Part shown: positions 28,043 through 37,460 of the stretch, piece by piece
Layout: each line of letters begins with the position of its first letter
Position numbering within the stretch: the first letter of the stretch is position 1
Assembly (NCBI GenBank): GCA_014382705.1
Contig: JACNJE010000133.1
Span: 15,964 to 79,963 of the forward strand
DNA from: Verrucomicrobiota bacterium
GTDB lineage: Bacteria; Verrucomicrobiota; Verrucomicrobiia; Limisphaerales; UBA1096
Length of the DNA: 64,000 nucleotides
Reading direction: 5' to 3'
Program-made: the position numbers and the translations under genes
The notes under the pieces: model-generated
What the model was told of the DNA's origin: nothing
The model's database searches: none
The model's input: only the letters and a program-made list of their open reading frames with translations

Positions 28043-29110
28043 ATGTTTCGAATGAAAATCAAACCGTTTGTTAAAACAATTCCGGCGGTGTTGGCGTTGG
28101 CCTTTGGCGGCCCTGCAGTCGCCAAGGATTCCAAGACTCTCGACGTTTACTGGGTGGACGTCGAGGGCGGCGGCGGCACGCTGATCGTCACCCCCGCCGG
28201 CGAGTCGATCCTCATCGACACCGGCATGCCGGGCGGGCGTGATCCCGGGCGCATCCACAAGGCAGCCACCGAGGTCGCCGGCGTGAAGCAGATCGACCAT
28301 CTCATCGTCACGCATTTTCACATCGACCACTTCGGCGGGGCGGCGGAGTTGTCGCAAAAAATGCCGATCAAAAACGTGTGGGACAACGGCATCCCGGAAC
28401 GCGACCCGGACGGCCGGGCCAACTCCAGCTTTTTGCTCCGCATCAAGCCGTACCGGAACATGAGCGTTGGCAAGCGCCACGTCATCCGGCCCGGCACCGA
28501 GCTGCCTCTCAAACAACTGCCCGGCCAACCCAAGGTGCGCGTGCGGTGCATGGCAGCGATGCAGCAGTTCGTCGATGCCCCCAAGGGCACGCCGCGCAAC
28601 CCACTCACCGACCAGGTCAAGTGGATCAAGGAGGACACGACCGACAACGCCAACAGCATCGCCGTGGTGGTCGAGCTGGGCGGCTTCCGGTTCTGGGACG
28701 GCGGCGACCTCACGCAGAACACCGAGGCGCGCCTCGTCACGCCGCTCAACCGCGTGGGCACGGTGGACGTGTACCAGGTGAACCATCACGGGCTGGACTT
28801 CAGCAACAACGCCGTCTTTGTCCGGAGCCTCGCGCCGACCGTCTCGGTGATGAACAACGGCGTGACCAAAGGCTGCGGTGCCTCCTCCTTTGCGGCCGTC
28901 AAGGGCGCCGGGGTCGGCGCGATGTATCAGCTCCACAAAAACCTGCGGGCCGACATAGAGAACAACACGGCGGACGAATTCATCGCCAACCTCACGCGCG
29001 ACTGCGACGCGCACCACATCCACATGTCCGTCGCCCCCGATGGGCAGCAGTACACCCTCCGCATCCCCGCCAACGGGCACCGCCGCACCTTTAAGACGCG
29101 CAGGCATTGA
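28043..29110 (+). CDS. Secreted metallo-beta-lactamase-fold hydrolase (ComEC C-terminal-domain-like)
   Basis: Signal peptide, and an HxHxDH motif (VTHFHIDHFGG). Confidence 0.8.
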   Translation: MFRMKIKPFVKTIPAVLALAFGGPAVAKDSKTLDVYWVDVEGGGGTLIVTPAGESILIDTGMPGGRDPGRIHKAATEVAGVKQIDHLIVTHFHIDHFGGAAELSQKMPIKNVWDNGIPERDPDGRANSSFLLRIKPYRNMSVGKRHVIRPGTELPLKQLPGQPKVRVRCMAAMQQFVDAPKGTPRNPLTDQVKWIKEDTTDNANSIAVVVELGGFRFWDGGDLTQNTEARLVTPLNRVGTVDVYQVNHHGLDFSNNAVFVRSLAPTVSVMNNGVTKGCGASSFAAVKGAGVGAMYQLHKNLRADIENNTADEFIANLTRDCDAHHIHMSVAPDGQQYTLRIPANGHRRTFKTRRH

Positions 29111-29144
29111 CCGCGACCACCGGCCAAGCGCCCGCCGGGCCAAG

Positions 29145-30302
29145 ATGATTTACCTCGACCACCTCACCACCACCCCGCCGCTGCCGGCAGTGGTCGGTGC
29201 CATGCAGCCTTGGCTGGGCACGCAGTTCGGCGCGCCCGCCTCGCTGCATCGGTACGGCCTTGAGGCGCGCGACGCCATCGACGAGGCCCGGGCGCGCCTG
29301 GCCAAGCGGGTCAACGCCGACGAGCCGGAGGAGATGCTGTTCACCTCCAGCGGCACCGAGGCGATCAACCACGCCGTCAAGGGCGCCGCCTTGGCCAAGC
29401 GGCGTTTTGGCAGCCACATTGTCACCACCCCGATCGAGCATCCGGCTGTCCTTGGCTCAATCGCCTGGCTGGAGAGCCACGGCTTCAGCCACACGCAGGT
29501 CGGCGTCGACGGCCAAGGCCGGGTCGATCCCGCCGCGCTTGGCCAAGCGATGACCGACGAGACCATTCTCGTCTGTCTGCATCACGCGAACCTTGACCTC
29601 GGCACTATTCAGCCGGTCGCGGAGGTGGCCGAACTCACCGGCGCGCGCGGCATCCCGCTGTTCGTGGATGCCACCGCCAGCGGCGGCTGGCTGCCCATCG
29701 ATGTCCAGCAAATGGGCACCGATCTGCTGGCTCTGGCCCCGCACCGGTTTGGCGGCCCGAAAGGTGCCGGCGTGCTGTATCGGAAACGACGCACCGGCGT
29801 GGAAAATCTCATCCACGGCGGCATGCAGGAGAATGAGTTTCGCGCCGGGACAGAGAACGTGGCCGCCATCGTCGGGGCCGGCGTGGCCGCCGAACAGGCC
29901 ATGGCCGCGCTTGGCCAAGCGGCGGCCGATGCGGCCAAGCTGCAGGTGCGGTTGCTCGACGGCATCCGCCGGGCCGTCGACGGGGTTCAGTTGAACGGCC
30001 CCGAGCCGGGCACCGAACGGCTGCCGCATCAACTCAGCCTCAGCACCGAGGGTGTCGAGGGCGAAGGCCAGGCGCTGATGCTGGATCTGCGGGGCATTGC
30101 GATCGCTGCCGGGGCAGCGTGCACAACCCGGTCGATGCGCCTGCCCCCCGCCCTGCGCGCCATCGGGCGAGACGCCGACCTGGCCAGGGGCACGACGCTG
30201 TGGGGCATCGGTCGCGACACCACCGAGGCGGAGATCGACCGGGCGATCGAGTCGTTCGCCGCCGTCACCGCCAAGCTGCGCGCCATGTCCCCGGCGGGTT
30301 GA
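29145..30302 (+). CDS. NifS/IscS-like class V aminotransferase-fold protein lacking the PLP lysine
   Basis: Colinear with IscS (FTSSGTEAINHAVKGAA, FVDATASGGWLPID, AAGAACTT). The HK(I/F)xGPKG motif reads APHRFGGPKG, with His200 and Arg201 (CGG at 29745-29747). The start is moved to the ATG at 29145 (MIYLDHLTTTPP). Confidence 0.8.
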   Translation: MIYLDHLTTTPPLPAVVGAMQPWLGTQFGAPASLHRYGLEARDAIDEARARLAKRVNADEPEEMLFTSSGTEAINHAVKGAALAKRRFGSHIVTTPIEHPAVLGSIAWLESHGFSHTQVGVDGQGRVDPAALGQAMTDETILVCLHHANLDLGTIQPVAEVAELTGARGIPLFVDATASGGWLPIDVQQMGTDLLALAPHRFGGPKGAGVLYRKRRTGVENLIHGGMQENEFRAGTENVAAIVGAGVAAEQAMAALGQAAADAAKLQVRLLDGIRRAVDGVQLNGPEPGTERLPHQLSLSTEGVEGEGQALMLDLRGIAIAAGAACTTRSMRLPPALRAIGRDADLARGTTLWGIGRDTTEAEIDRAIESFAAVTAKLRAMSPAG

Positions 30303-30382
30303 TTTTTCGCCGGCGACGACAAAGTTCCCTTGAAACCGGCCGGCGCAGCGTGTAAACACCTCGGCGCGAAATTGATTTCGAC

Positions 30383-30619
30383 ATGGCTGAACTAGAGGAC
30401 AAATACGAGGACAACGTCGCTGGCAAGTTTTTTGTGGATGAACAGTGCATCGACTGCGATCTCTGCCGCGAAACCGCACCGACCTGCTTCACCCGGAACG
30501 ACGACGGCGGCTACTCTTTCGTCGCCAAGCAACCGGAAAACGAGGAGGAGGAGGAACAGTGCAAGGAAGCCATGGAGGGTTGCCCGGTGGAGGCCATCGG
30601 CGACAACGGTGCCCAGTAG
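30383..30619 (+). CDS. Small ferredoxin (single Fe-S cluster type)
   Basis: A 78-aa acidic protein with CIDCDLC....C...CP cysteine spacing. Confidence 0.8.
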   Translation: MAELEDKYEDNVAGKFFVDEQCIDCDLCRETAPTCFTRNDDGGYSFVAKQPENEEEEEQCKEAMEGCPVEAIGDNGAQ

Positions 30620-30631
30620 TCCCCGGTTTCT

Positions 30632-31903
30632 TCAGTCGTTTTTCTGCAGCCTGCGCCGCAGCAGGTCCAACGCCTGGTGCGCCGTGGCTTGCTTGAACAC
30701 CTCGCGCCCGAAGGGGTGAAACTTCCGGATCGCCAGCGGACGCCGCCCCGTTGAGGCCAGGCCAAGCCAGACGGTGCCAACCGGCTTCTCCGGCGTGCCG
30801 CCGTCCGGCCCGGCGATGCCGGTGACGGAGAGGGCATGATCGGCCCCGCTCACTTCCAGCGCGCCCGCTGCCATCCCGAGAGCCACCGGTTTGCTCACCG
30901 CGCCGTGTTCCGCAAGAGTTGATTCGCTCACGCCGAGCAGTTTTTGCTTCAACGCGTTGCTGTAGGACAGCACGCCGCCGGCGAATGCGGCGGACGCCCC
31001 GGGCACGTTGGTGATGTGGTGCCCGAGCAACCCGCCGGTGCACGACTCGGCGACAGCCACGGTTTTGCCGGTGGCGATCAACCGCCCGACCACCGCCTGC
31101 GCGATCGTCTCGTCGCCGGTGCCGTAAATATGTTTGCCAATCGCCGCGCGGACCGCCGCCTCCGCCTCCACGAGGAGAGCGGGCACGTCCGGGCCGCTCC
31201 CGCTGAGCCGGATGTCGACCTGCCCGATGCGCGCGCAATAGCCCAGCTCAAGCCCGCGCGCCACCAGCGGCCGGAGCGGTCCGCGAAGCGTCTCCTCCAC
31301 CATCGACTCGCCGATGCCCAGGCTGCGCAATATCCGGCAGTGAAAACCGTGCCGCAGCGGCCACTGCTTTTCGAGGAACGGCAGCACCTGCTCCTCGAAC
31401 ATGGGGCGCAGTTCGCGCGGCGGCCCGGGCAGCAGGATCAGCCACGCCGGTTCGCCTCCTGCCTTGAACGGGTTGGGCGACACCTCGATGGCCAGGCCGG
31501 GCGCGGTGCCGTGCCGGTTCGGGAGCACCACCGCGCCTTCCGGCACCTGCGCCTGCACCAGCACCGACTCCGGCATGGGGCGGTTGCGCTGCCTGAAGAA
31601 GTCGGCGATCTGCGCCGCGACCGATGCGTCCCGGCCCAGCGGTCGGCTCAAGAGATCAGCCAGCAGCTGTCGTGTCAGGTCATCGTCGGTCGGGCCAAGC
31701 CCGCCGGTGGTGATGACGAGGCCGGCCCGGCCCAGCGCGGTTTGCACCGCCCCGCATATCGCCGGGCCGTCGTCCGGCACAGTGGACTGCCGGGAAAGTG
31801 GACGGCCGCGCCCGGCCAGGCGCTGGCCAAGCCACTGCTTGTGGGTGTCATGCACCTGCCCTAGCAACAGCTCGGTGCCGATGGTGATGAGTTCGACCTC
31901 CAT
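30632..31903 (-). CDS. cinA: CinA family protein (MoCF-like domain plus nicotinamide-nucleotide amidohydrolase PncC domain)
   Basis: MEVELITIGTELLLGQVHDTH.. is the canonical CinA N-terminus, and the C-terminal half is CinA/PncC-like (ESCTGG). The start is moved from the track's 32104 to 31903. Confidence 0.85.
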   Translation of the reverse strand: MEVELITIGTELLLGQVHDTHKQWLGQRLAGRGRPLSRQSTVPDDGPAICGAVQTALGRAGLVITTGGLGPTDDDLTRQLLADLLSRPLGRDASVAAQIADFFRQRNRPMPESVLVQAQVPEGAVVLPNRHGTAPGLAIEVSPNPFKAGGEPAWLILLPGPPRELRPMFEEQVLPFLEKQWPLRHGFHCRILRSLGIGESMVEETLRGPLRPLVARGLELGYCARIGQVDIRLSGSGPDVPALLVEAEAAVRAAIGKHIYGTGDETIAQAVVGRLIATGKTVAVAESCTGGLLGHHITNVPGASAAFAGGVLSYSNALKQKLLGVSESTLAEHGAVSKPVALGMAAGALEVSGADHALSVTGIAGPDGGTPEKPVGTVWLGLASTGRRPLAIRKFHPFGREVFKQATAHQALDLLRRRLQKND

Positions 31904-32006
31904 CCTCGGCCGGCCAGTATCGGGGCGAGCCGCCGCCAAGGGCAAGCTTGGCCAAGCGGCCGACCCGCAGTTGACCTTGGCCAAGCGCGGTCGCATCCTT
32001 CCGCCC

Positions 32007-32381
32007 ATGCAACATGCTCCCGGTTTTTTGGTGGTGGTCGATGAGGCGCGCGAGCGGGTCAGCGAGATCGACCTGGCCCAGGCCCGCGAACGCTTGGCCG
32101 GCAACCCGGACGCGATCCTGATGGACGTGCGCGAGGATACGGAATGGCTGGCCAGCCACGCGGCGGGCGCAGTTCATCTGGGCAAGGGCATCCTCGAGCG
32201 CGACATCGAGTCGGCGGTGCCGGACAAGGGCGCGGAGGTGATCATGTACTGCGGCGGGGGCTTCCGCTCGGTGCTCACGGCGGAGGTGGCCGGGCGGATG
32301 GGTTACACGAACGTCCACTCGCTCATCGGCGGCCACAAGGCGCTCGTCAGTGCGGGCTGGGAAATGGCGGGCGGTGAATGA
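32007..32381 (+). CDS. Rhodanese-domain sulfurtransferase
   Basis: A 124-aa protein with the active-site loop CGGGFRS. Only the 3' end of track ORF 31401..32381 looks like real protein. Confidence 0.8.
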   Translation: MQHAPGFLVVVDEARERVSEIDLAQARERLAGNPDAILMDVREDTEWLASHAAGAVHLGKGILERDIESAVPDKGAEVIMYCGGGFRSVLTAEVAGRMGYTNVHSLIGGHKALVSAGWEMAGGE

Positions 32382-32388
32382 CACGCCC

Positions 32389-32412
32389 GCGCTTGGCCAA
32401 GCGCTTGGCCAA
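32389..32412. repeat. Tandem (12-bp register) double copy of the palindrome
   Basis: GCGCTTGGCCAAGCGCTTGGCCAA fills most of the 36-nt gap between the convergent rhodanese and korB stops. Confidence 0.95.
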
Positions 32413-32417
32413 TGGGA

Positions 32418-33335
32418 TTACTTCATCCTGTTGAAGGTGGCCTGAAGAATGTCGGAGGACGGCTGGCCCTCGAATTTGCCTTGGGCGGCCTCGATGACGC
32501 CGGCCTCGAGAGCGTTCTTTGTCGGGCGCTGCACCTGGTAAAAAATGCCGAAACGGCCGGGGAAATCTTCACTGGACAGGGCGTACGCCGCCGCCTCGTC
32601 GGTGGGGTCGTGATCCTCCGGCACGAGGTTGAACTCGCCGCCCTTCCGGGGATTGGAACTGTCAAATGCGCCGGCGTAAAACTCGGTGCACTCGCTCAGG
32701 CACTCGATGAAACTGAAGCCGTCGTGATCCATCGCGGCGTCCATCATCTCGAGCAGGTGCTTGGGGTTGGTGTGCGTGGTGCGGGCCACGAACGTCGCCC
32801 CGGCCGAGATGGCGAGCTTCATCGGGTTGATCGGCCTGTCGAGCGCTCCCCAGCCGTCGGTCTTGCTCTTGAAGCCCAGCGGCGAGGTCGGCGAAGTCTG
32901 TTTCTTGGTCAGGCCGTAGACGAAATTGTCCATGACCAAGTAGGTCATTTTGACGTTCTTGCGTGCGGTGTGGACGAAATGGTTGCCGCCGATGGAGAAG
33001 GCGTCGCCGTCGCCGCCGAAGGTGAACACGTGCAGGTCGGGCCGCGAGATCGACAGGCCGCTGGCGAACGACAACGCGCGCCCGTGGATGTAATGCACGC
33101 CGTGGGCCTGCACGAAGTACGGGAACCGGCTTGAGCAGCCGATGCCGGCCACGGTGGTCACGTTCTCGTGGGGAATATTCCGCTTCTGGATCAGCTTGTA
33201 GTAGATGGAGAGTACGGAGAAATCACCGCAGCCGGGGCACCAGGTTGGGTGATCGGCGGTGATCTCCTTCTTGGTCACCGGCTGGCGTTCCCCGGCGTCC
33301 TGCGGGGGCTGCTCCAATGTCGCGCTGTCACTCAT
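32418..33335 (-). CDS. korB: 2-oxoglutarate/2-oxoacid:ferredoxin oxidoreductase beta subunit
   Basis: TPP-binding beta-subunit sequence (WCPGCGDFSVL, GIGCSSR, GGDGD). Start at MSDSATLEQ (33335), 16 nt after the korA stop. Confidence 0.9.
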   Translation of the reverse strand: MSDSATLEQPPQDAGERQPVTKKEITADHPTWCPGCGDFSVLSIYYKLIQKRNIPHENVTTVAGIGCSSRFPYFVQAHGVHYIHGRALSFASGLSISRPDLHVFTFGGDGDAFSIGGNHFVHTARKNVKMTYLVMDNFVYGLTKKQTSPTSPLGFKSKTDGWGALDRPINPMKLAISAGATFVARTTHTNPKHLLEMMDAAMDHDGFSFIECLSECTEFYAGAFDSSNPRKGGEFNLVPEDHDPTDEAAAYALSSEDFPGRFGIFYQVQRPTKNALEAGVIEAAQGKFEGQPSSDILQATFNRMK

Positions 33336-33351
33336 GTTGTTTAAAAATGTA

Positions 33352-35175
33352 TCAGGCTGCTGCGGTTTCCTCTTCCAGGCGCGCCTTGACGCGCTCGATG
33401 ATCTCCGAAACTTTCCAGCGCCGGGCGGCGGTCTTGTTGATGCCCTTGATGCGCGCATCGGCATACCGGGCGCGCAGGATGCCAGCCAACTGGCCGTAGC
33501 CGTAAACGCCGCCGTCGTTCATTTCGACGATATACACCGACTTGAACCGCGGGAGAATATCCTCCAAGCCGGTTGGCAATGGGTTGATGTGCTTGATGTG
33601 CATCGAGGACAGGGTGTAGCCCTCGTTGCTGAGTTGTTGCACCGCCTCGTGGAGCGGCCCCTTGGTCGACCCCCAGCCCACCAGCAGCACATCGCCGGAG
33701 TCCTCCCCAAACACCTCCGGAACGGGCAGGGTGTCCGCAAGTGTCTTGAGCTTGTTGCGGCGCTTTTTGGTCATGTTGATGTGGTTCACCGCATCCCCGC
33801 TAGGATGCCCCGACTCGTCATGCTCCAGGCCGGTCACCACGGGGTAACGGCCATCCTCGACCCGTGTACCGGGAGCCCGGTGTTGGCTGAGCCCGTCCCC
33901 GGACGACAAGTCGTACGGCTTGTGAGACGGAACGGGGCTCAAATCCAACTCGATGTCGTTGCAAATCGTGCTCAAATCCGGCTCGTTGAACGCCTCGATG
34001 CGGGTGGCTATGGCCTGGTCGCTAAGCACGAAAACGGGGACGCTGTATTTGCGGGCGATATTCACCGCCTCGATGGCGGTGTAAAAACAATCCTCCACGT
34101 CGGAGGCGGCCAGCACCACGCGGGGCGAGTCACCGTGGCCCCCGTAACAGGCGATGTTGAGGTCGGACTGCTCGACATCAGTCGGCAACCCGGTGGAGGG
34201 GCCGCCACGCTGCACGTCGATCACCACCAGTGGCATTTCTGCCATGACCGCCCAGCCGATGGCCTCCGCCTTCAGGGAGATCCCCGGGCCGCTCGAGCCG
34301 GTGACCGCCACGTTCCCGCCGTAGCTCGCGCCGATCGCCATCGAGACAGAGGCGATCTCATCCTCGCACTGGATGAACGACCCGCCGTACTTGGGCAGCT
34401 CGCGCCGAAGCAGCTCCATGATGTCCGACCACGGCGTGATCGGGTAACCGGCGCCAAAACGCACCCCGGCGGCGATCAACCCGTAGCCGATCGCCTCGTT
34501 GCCAGACATCACCACCTGGTTTGAGCGCTCCGCACCGCCCCGGGCCAGGCGAAACAGGTTGGAGATATTGTCGGACTGATAACGATAACCCGCCTGGAAG
34601 GCGTCCATCGCCGTCTTGACGACGCTTTCGCCCTTGCCGCCGAACCGCTCGTTGATCAGCCGCTCCAGTTTCGCCGTGTCGAGGCTGAACATCCGTCCGA
34701 TCAAGCCAAGCGCAAAGATATTCTTGCCCTTGTCACGGGCCGTGCCGCCGATCGCCTCGATGGTCAGGCTGGAGATGCCGATGCCGATGTGCCGGTACTT
34801 GGTCAGCCATTCTTCATGCGGCTCCACGTGGTCGCTGTCGTAGACCAGGATGCCCCCCTTCGCCAGGTTGTTGACGTGGTTGTCGTAGGAGTGCTGGTAA
34901 AAGGCAAACAACACATTGGCCTTGTCACCGGGGCTGAGCACCTCGCCGGAGCCGAGGCGCACCTGAAAAATGGACGACCCGCCCGAGATGGTCGACGGGA
35001 TTGTCATCATCGTCATGACCTCCCGCTCACTCCGCCCGGCCAAGCGAGCCAAGAACCCGCCGATGGACTGGATACCATCCTGAGAGTTGCCCGCGAGGCG
35101 TATCGTCACCTCTGAAATGTCGGAGGGCTGGGAATCGCACCCCGTTTTGGCCTCCGAAGCAGTCGTCTCGCTCAT
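33352..35175 (-). CDS. korA: 2-oxoglutarate/2-oxoacid:ferredoxin oxidoreductase alpha subunit
   Basis: Typical KorA length and sequence, directly upstream of korB. I prefer the ATG at 35175 (MSETTASE..); the track start at 35202 is a TTG. Confidence 0.9.
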   Translation of the reverse strand: MSETTASEAKTGCDSQPSDISEVTIRLAGNSQDGIQSIGGFLARLAGRSEREVMTMMTIPSTISGGSSIFQVRLGSGEVLSPGDKANVLFAFYQHSYDNHVNNLAKGGILVYDSDHVEPHEEWLTKYRHIGIGISSLTIEAIGGTARDKGKNIFALGLIGRMFSLDTAKLERLINERFGGKGESVVKTAMDAFQAGYRYQSDNISNLFRLARGGAERSNQVVMSGNEAIGYGLIAAGVRFGAGYPITPWSDIMELLRRELPKYGGSFIQCEDEIASVSMAIGASYGGNVAVTGSSGPGISLKAEAIGWAVMAEMPLVVIDVQRGGPSTGLPTDVEQSDLNIACYGGHGDSPRVVLAASDVEDCFYTAIEAVNIARKYSVPVFVLSDQAIATRIEAFNEPDLSTICNDIELDLSPVPSHKPYDLSSGDGLSQHRAPGTRVEDGRYPVVTGLEHDESGHPSGDAVNHINMTKKRRNKLKTLADTLPVPEVFGEDSGDVLLVGWGSTKGPLHEAVQQLSNEGYTLSSMHIKHINPLPTGLEDILPRFKSVYIVEMNDGGVYGYGQLAGILRARYADARIKGINKTAARRWKVSEIIERVKARLEEETAAA

Positions 35176-35233
35176 CGAGAATATTGAATAATAATGCCCC
35201 AATCGCCCCCAAGGGACGGGGGCGGCGTCGGCG

Positions 35234-35261
35234 AAAGTAGCAATCTTTTTGGGCGTGTCAA
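35234..35261 (-). promoter_or_regulatory. Sigma-70-like promoter candidate for korAB
   Basis: The minus strand reads TTGACA, then 16 nt, then TACTTT. It sits in an AT-rich patch about 60 nt upstream of the korA start. Confidence 0.35.
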
Positions 35262-35337
35262 ACGATTATCCATCTTAATGAAAAAAATTTTACCAACCTC
35301 TCCGATGGAACCGTTCCGAGCATTAACTTGGCCAAGT

Positions 35338-35952
35338 TCACGCCTCGAGCTCGGCCCGAATCAGGGCCATCAATCCACCGTATCCCTCAGCCGATTCAAA
35401 CTGCGGAAACTCGGCCCTGACGTTGTCCGGGGCCCGGAACAGGAATCCAGTGTCGGCCTCGCCGAGCATGGTCGTGTCGTTGTACGAGTCCCCGGCGGCG
35501 ATCACCCTGTAGTTCAGCCCGCGAAACGCCGCCACGGCCCGGCGTTTCTGATCCGGCTGGCGCAGCCGGTAGTTGGCCACCCGGCCGTCGGCGTCGATCT
35601 CGAGCCGGTGACACAACAAGGCCGGCCAACCCAGTTGCCGCATCAGCGGCGCGGCAAACTCCTCGAACGTGTCCGACAGGATGACCACCTGCGTGATCGA
35701 GCGCAGCTCGTCGAGAAACGCCCTGGCCCCCTCCAGCGGCTCGAGCGTGCCGATCACCTCCTGAATGTCCGCCAGCTTGAGACCGTTCTCGGCGAGGATG
35801 GCCAGGCGGCCGCTCATCAGTTCGTCGTAGTCCGGGATGTCGCGCGTGGTCAGCTTGAGCCGCTCGATCCCGGTTTTTTGCGCGACGGCAATCCAAATCT
35901 CCGGCACCAGCACCCCCTCGAGATCGAGCGTGACGATGGTTTGTTGCTTCAT
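35338..35952 (-). CDS. thrH: Phosphoserine phosphatase / homoserine phosphotransferase ThrH
   Basis: LDLEGVLVPEIWIAVAQKTGIERLKLTTRDIPDYDELM and VIAAGDSYNDTTML closely resemble Pseudomonas ThrH as I recall it. Start at MKQQTIVTLDLEGV (35952). Confidence 0.85.
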   Translation of the reverse strand: MKQQTIVTLDLEGVLVPEIWIAVAQKTGIERLKLTTRDIPDYDELMSGRLAILAENGLKLADIQEVIGTLEPLEGARAFLDELRSITQVVILSDTFEEFAAPLMRQLGWPALLCHRLEIDADGRVANYRLRQPDQKRRAVAAFRGLNYRVIAAGDSYNDTTMLGEADTGFLFRAPDNVRAEFPQFESAEGYGGLMALIRAELEA

Positions 35953-36110
35953 ATCCGTGTGCACCCCGCCAATCGGCGACGGCGCGCACGGTTGTCCGTG
36001 CCACCGCCCAATCAATCAAGCCGAATCGCGCCTGGCCAAGCGCTGAGCTTCTGGCCACCCTGTTTCTTTTTGCGCAGGGGAACCAAGATGGCACAGCCGT
36101 CCGCCGGGCC

Positions 36111-36126
36111 GCGCTTGGCCAAGCGC
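36111..36126. repeat. Perfect 16-bp palindrome copy, intergenic (thrH-glnII spacer)
   Basis: GCGCTTGGCCAAGCGC. A one-mismatch copy, GCGCCTGGCCAAGCGC, lies at about 36028-36043. Confidence 0.95.
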
Positions 36127-36220
36127 TGGCCCAATTGATTCGGGAGAACCGCCTCGTTTGCGCGGAAAACTGGATTCAATGGCGTTGTCACCCCGGCGCG
36201 ACGGCGGGAGCCGGGACGCT

Positions 36221-36236
36221 TGGCACGGAAAATGCC
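36221..36236 (+). promoter_or_regulatory. Sigma-54-type (-24/-12) promoter candidate upstream of glutamine synthetase
   Basis: TGGCAC-GGAAA-ATGC has the correct GG/GC spacing, about 180 nt upstream of the GS start. Caveat: CGCTTGGCAC may simply be a decayed copy of the iterated palindrome. Confidence 0.3.
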
Positions 36237-36416
36237 ATCTCCGGGATGGCGGAGCGCTGTGGCGGGTGGAACAGTCCGGAGGGCGGGTTGCCGCCAAAAA
36301 AGACTTGATAACCCAAGTCATAAGCACCCCTAATGGGCCGGGGCCTTAAACAGGCCCTTGTTTTGTCGCTTGGCATGGTTGCGGGCGGCTTGGCGCTTTT
36401 TTACCTGTTACTAATC

Positions 36417-37433
36417 ATGAGCAAAGCAAAACTGGAATACATCTGGCTGGACGGCTACAAGCCGACCCAAAGCCTGCGAAGCAAGACCAAGGTCGAGACC
36501 GACTTTGATGGAACATTGGAAAAATGCCCCGAATGGGCCTTTGACGGCTCCTCCACGGAGCAGGCGGAAGGCAACGCGTCCGACTGTCTCCTCAACCCGG
36601 TTGCCCTCTATCCCGACCCGGACAAGGTCGGCTCCGACAACTGGCTGGTGATGGCTGAAGTCATGAACGCCGACGGCACCCCGCACGAATCCAACGGCCG
36701 GGCGACCATCGACGACGATGACGACGATTTCTGGTTCGGCTTCGAGCAGGAATATGTGCTTTGGGACCTCGACACCAGCCTCCCCCTTGGCTTCCCGAAG
36801 AACGGCTTCCCCGGCCCGCAGGGACCGTACTACACCTCCGTGGGCGCCGCCAACGCGGTCGGCCGCGACATCGTCGACGAGCACCTACAGATCTGTCTGG
36901 ACGCCGGCATCAACGTCGAGGGCATTAATGCCGAGGTGATGATGGGCCAATGGGAGTTCCAGATCTTCGGCAAGGGCGCCGGCCGCGCCGGCGACGAAGT
37001 CTGGTTGGCCCGGTATCTTCTTGAGCGGATCGGCGAACGGTACGGTGTCGCGGTGAACTGGCACCCAAAACCGGTCACCGGCGACTGGAACGGCTCCGGC
37101 ATGCACGCAAATTTCTCCAACGGAGCCATGCGGGATCAGGGCGGCAAGGATCTCATGACGAAGATTTGCGAGGAGTTCGGCAACAACATCGCCGAGCACA
37201 TCGACGTGTACGGTGCCGACAACAACCAACGCCTCACCGGGCTTCACGAGACGCAGTCGATTGACAAGTTCAGTTACGGCGAATTCGACCGTGGCGCATC
37301 GATCCGCATCCCCGTGGCCACCATCCAGAACGACTGGAAGGGCCGACTGGAGGATCGCCGCCCGGCGTCCAACGGCGACCCGTACAAGATCGCGGCGGCG
37401 ATCATCAAGACCACCAAAAAGGCGCTGGCATAA
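36417..37433 (+). CDS. glnII: Glutamine synthetase type II (eukaryote-like GlnII)
   Basis: A 338-aa protein with KLEYIWLDG.., FGFEQEY, NAEVMMGQWEFQI and NGSGMHANFS motifs. Start at MSKAKLEY (36417) rather than the track's 36333. Confidence 0.9.
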   Translation: MSKAKLEYIWLDGYKPTQSLRSKTKVETDFDGTLEKCPEWAFDGSSTEQAEGNASDCLLNPVALYPDPDKVGSDNWLVMAEVMNADGTPHESNGRATIDDDDDDFWFGFEQEYVLWDLDTSLPLGFPKNGFPGPQGPYYTSVGAANAVGRDIVDEHLQICLDAGINVEGINAEVMMGQWEFQIFGKGAGRAGDEVWLARYLLERIGERYGVAVNWHPKPVTGDWNGSGMHANFSNGAMRDQGGKDLMTKICEEFGNNIAEHIDVYGADNNQRLTGLHETQSIDKFSYGEFDRGASIRIPVATIQNDWKGRLEDRRPASNGDPYKIAAAIIKTTKKALA

Positions 37434-37460
37434 GCCCAGGCTCGAACCCTTTAAACCAAA

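Noticed and set aside
28043-31903. Linking the palindrome to natural competence because a ComEC-like MBL-domain protein and cinA are in the window.
   Set aside because: The MBL protein is a standalone secreted hydrolase without the ComEC channel domain, and CinA is a PncC-type amidohydrolase. Neither is evidence for DNA uptake. The uptake-sequence idea rests only on motif density.
32413-35327. Apparent avoidance of the palindrome in strongly conserved genes: korAB, rpoD (62435-64000), dinG, the DEAD-box helicase and the M3 peptidase.
   Set aside because: With about one copy per 0.9 kb scattered at random, several gaps of 2.7-3.1 kb are expected among roughly 70 intervals. I observe about five. 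This window alone does not support gene-specific depletion, so a genome-wide test is needed.
36016-36327. The 103-aa ORF (minus strand) inside the thrH-glnII spacer as a real gene.
   Set aside because: It has Arg/Pro/Ser-rich composition with no start context. It is built around palindrome copies (AWPS/LARR-type peptides) and looks like a non-coding frame.
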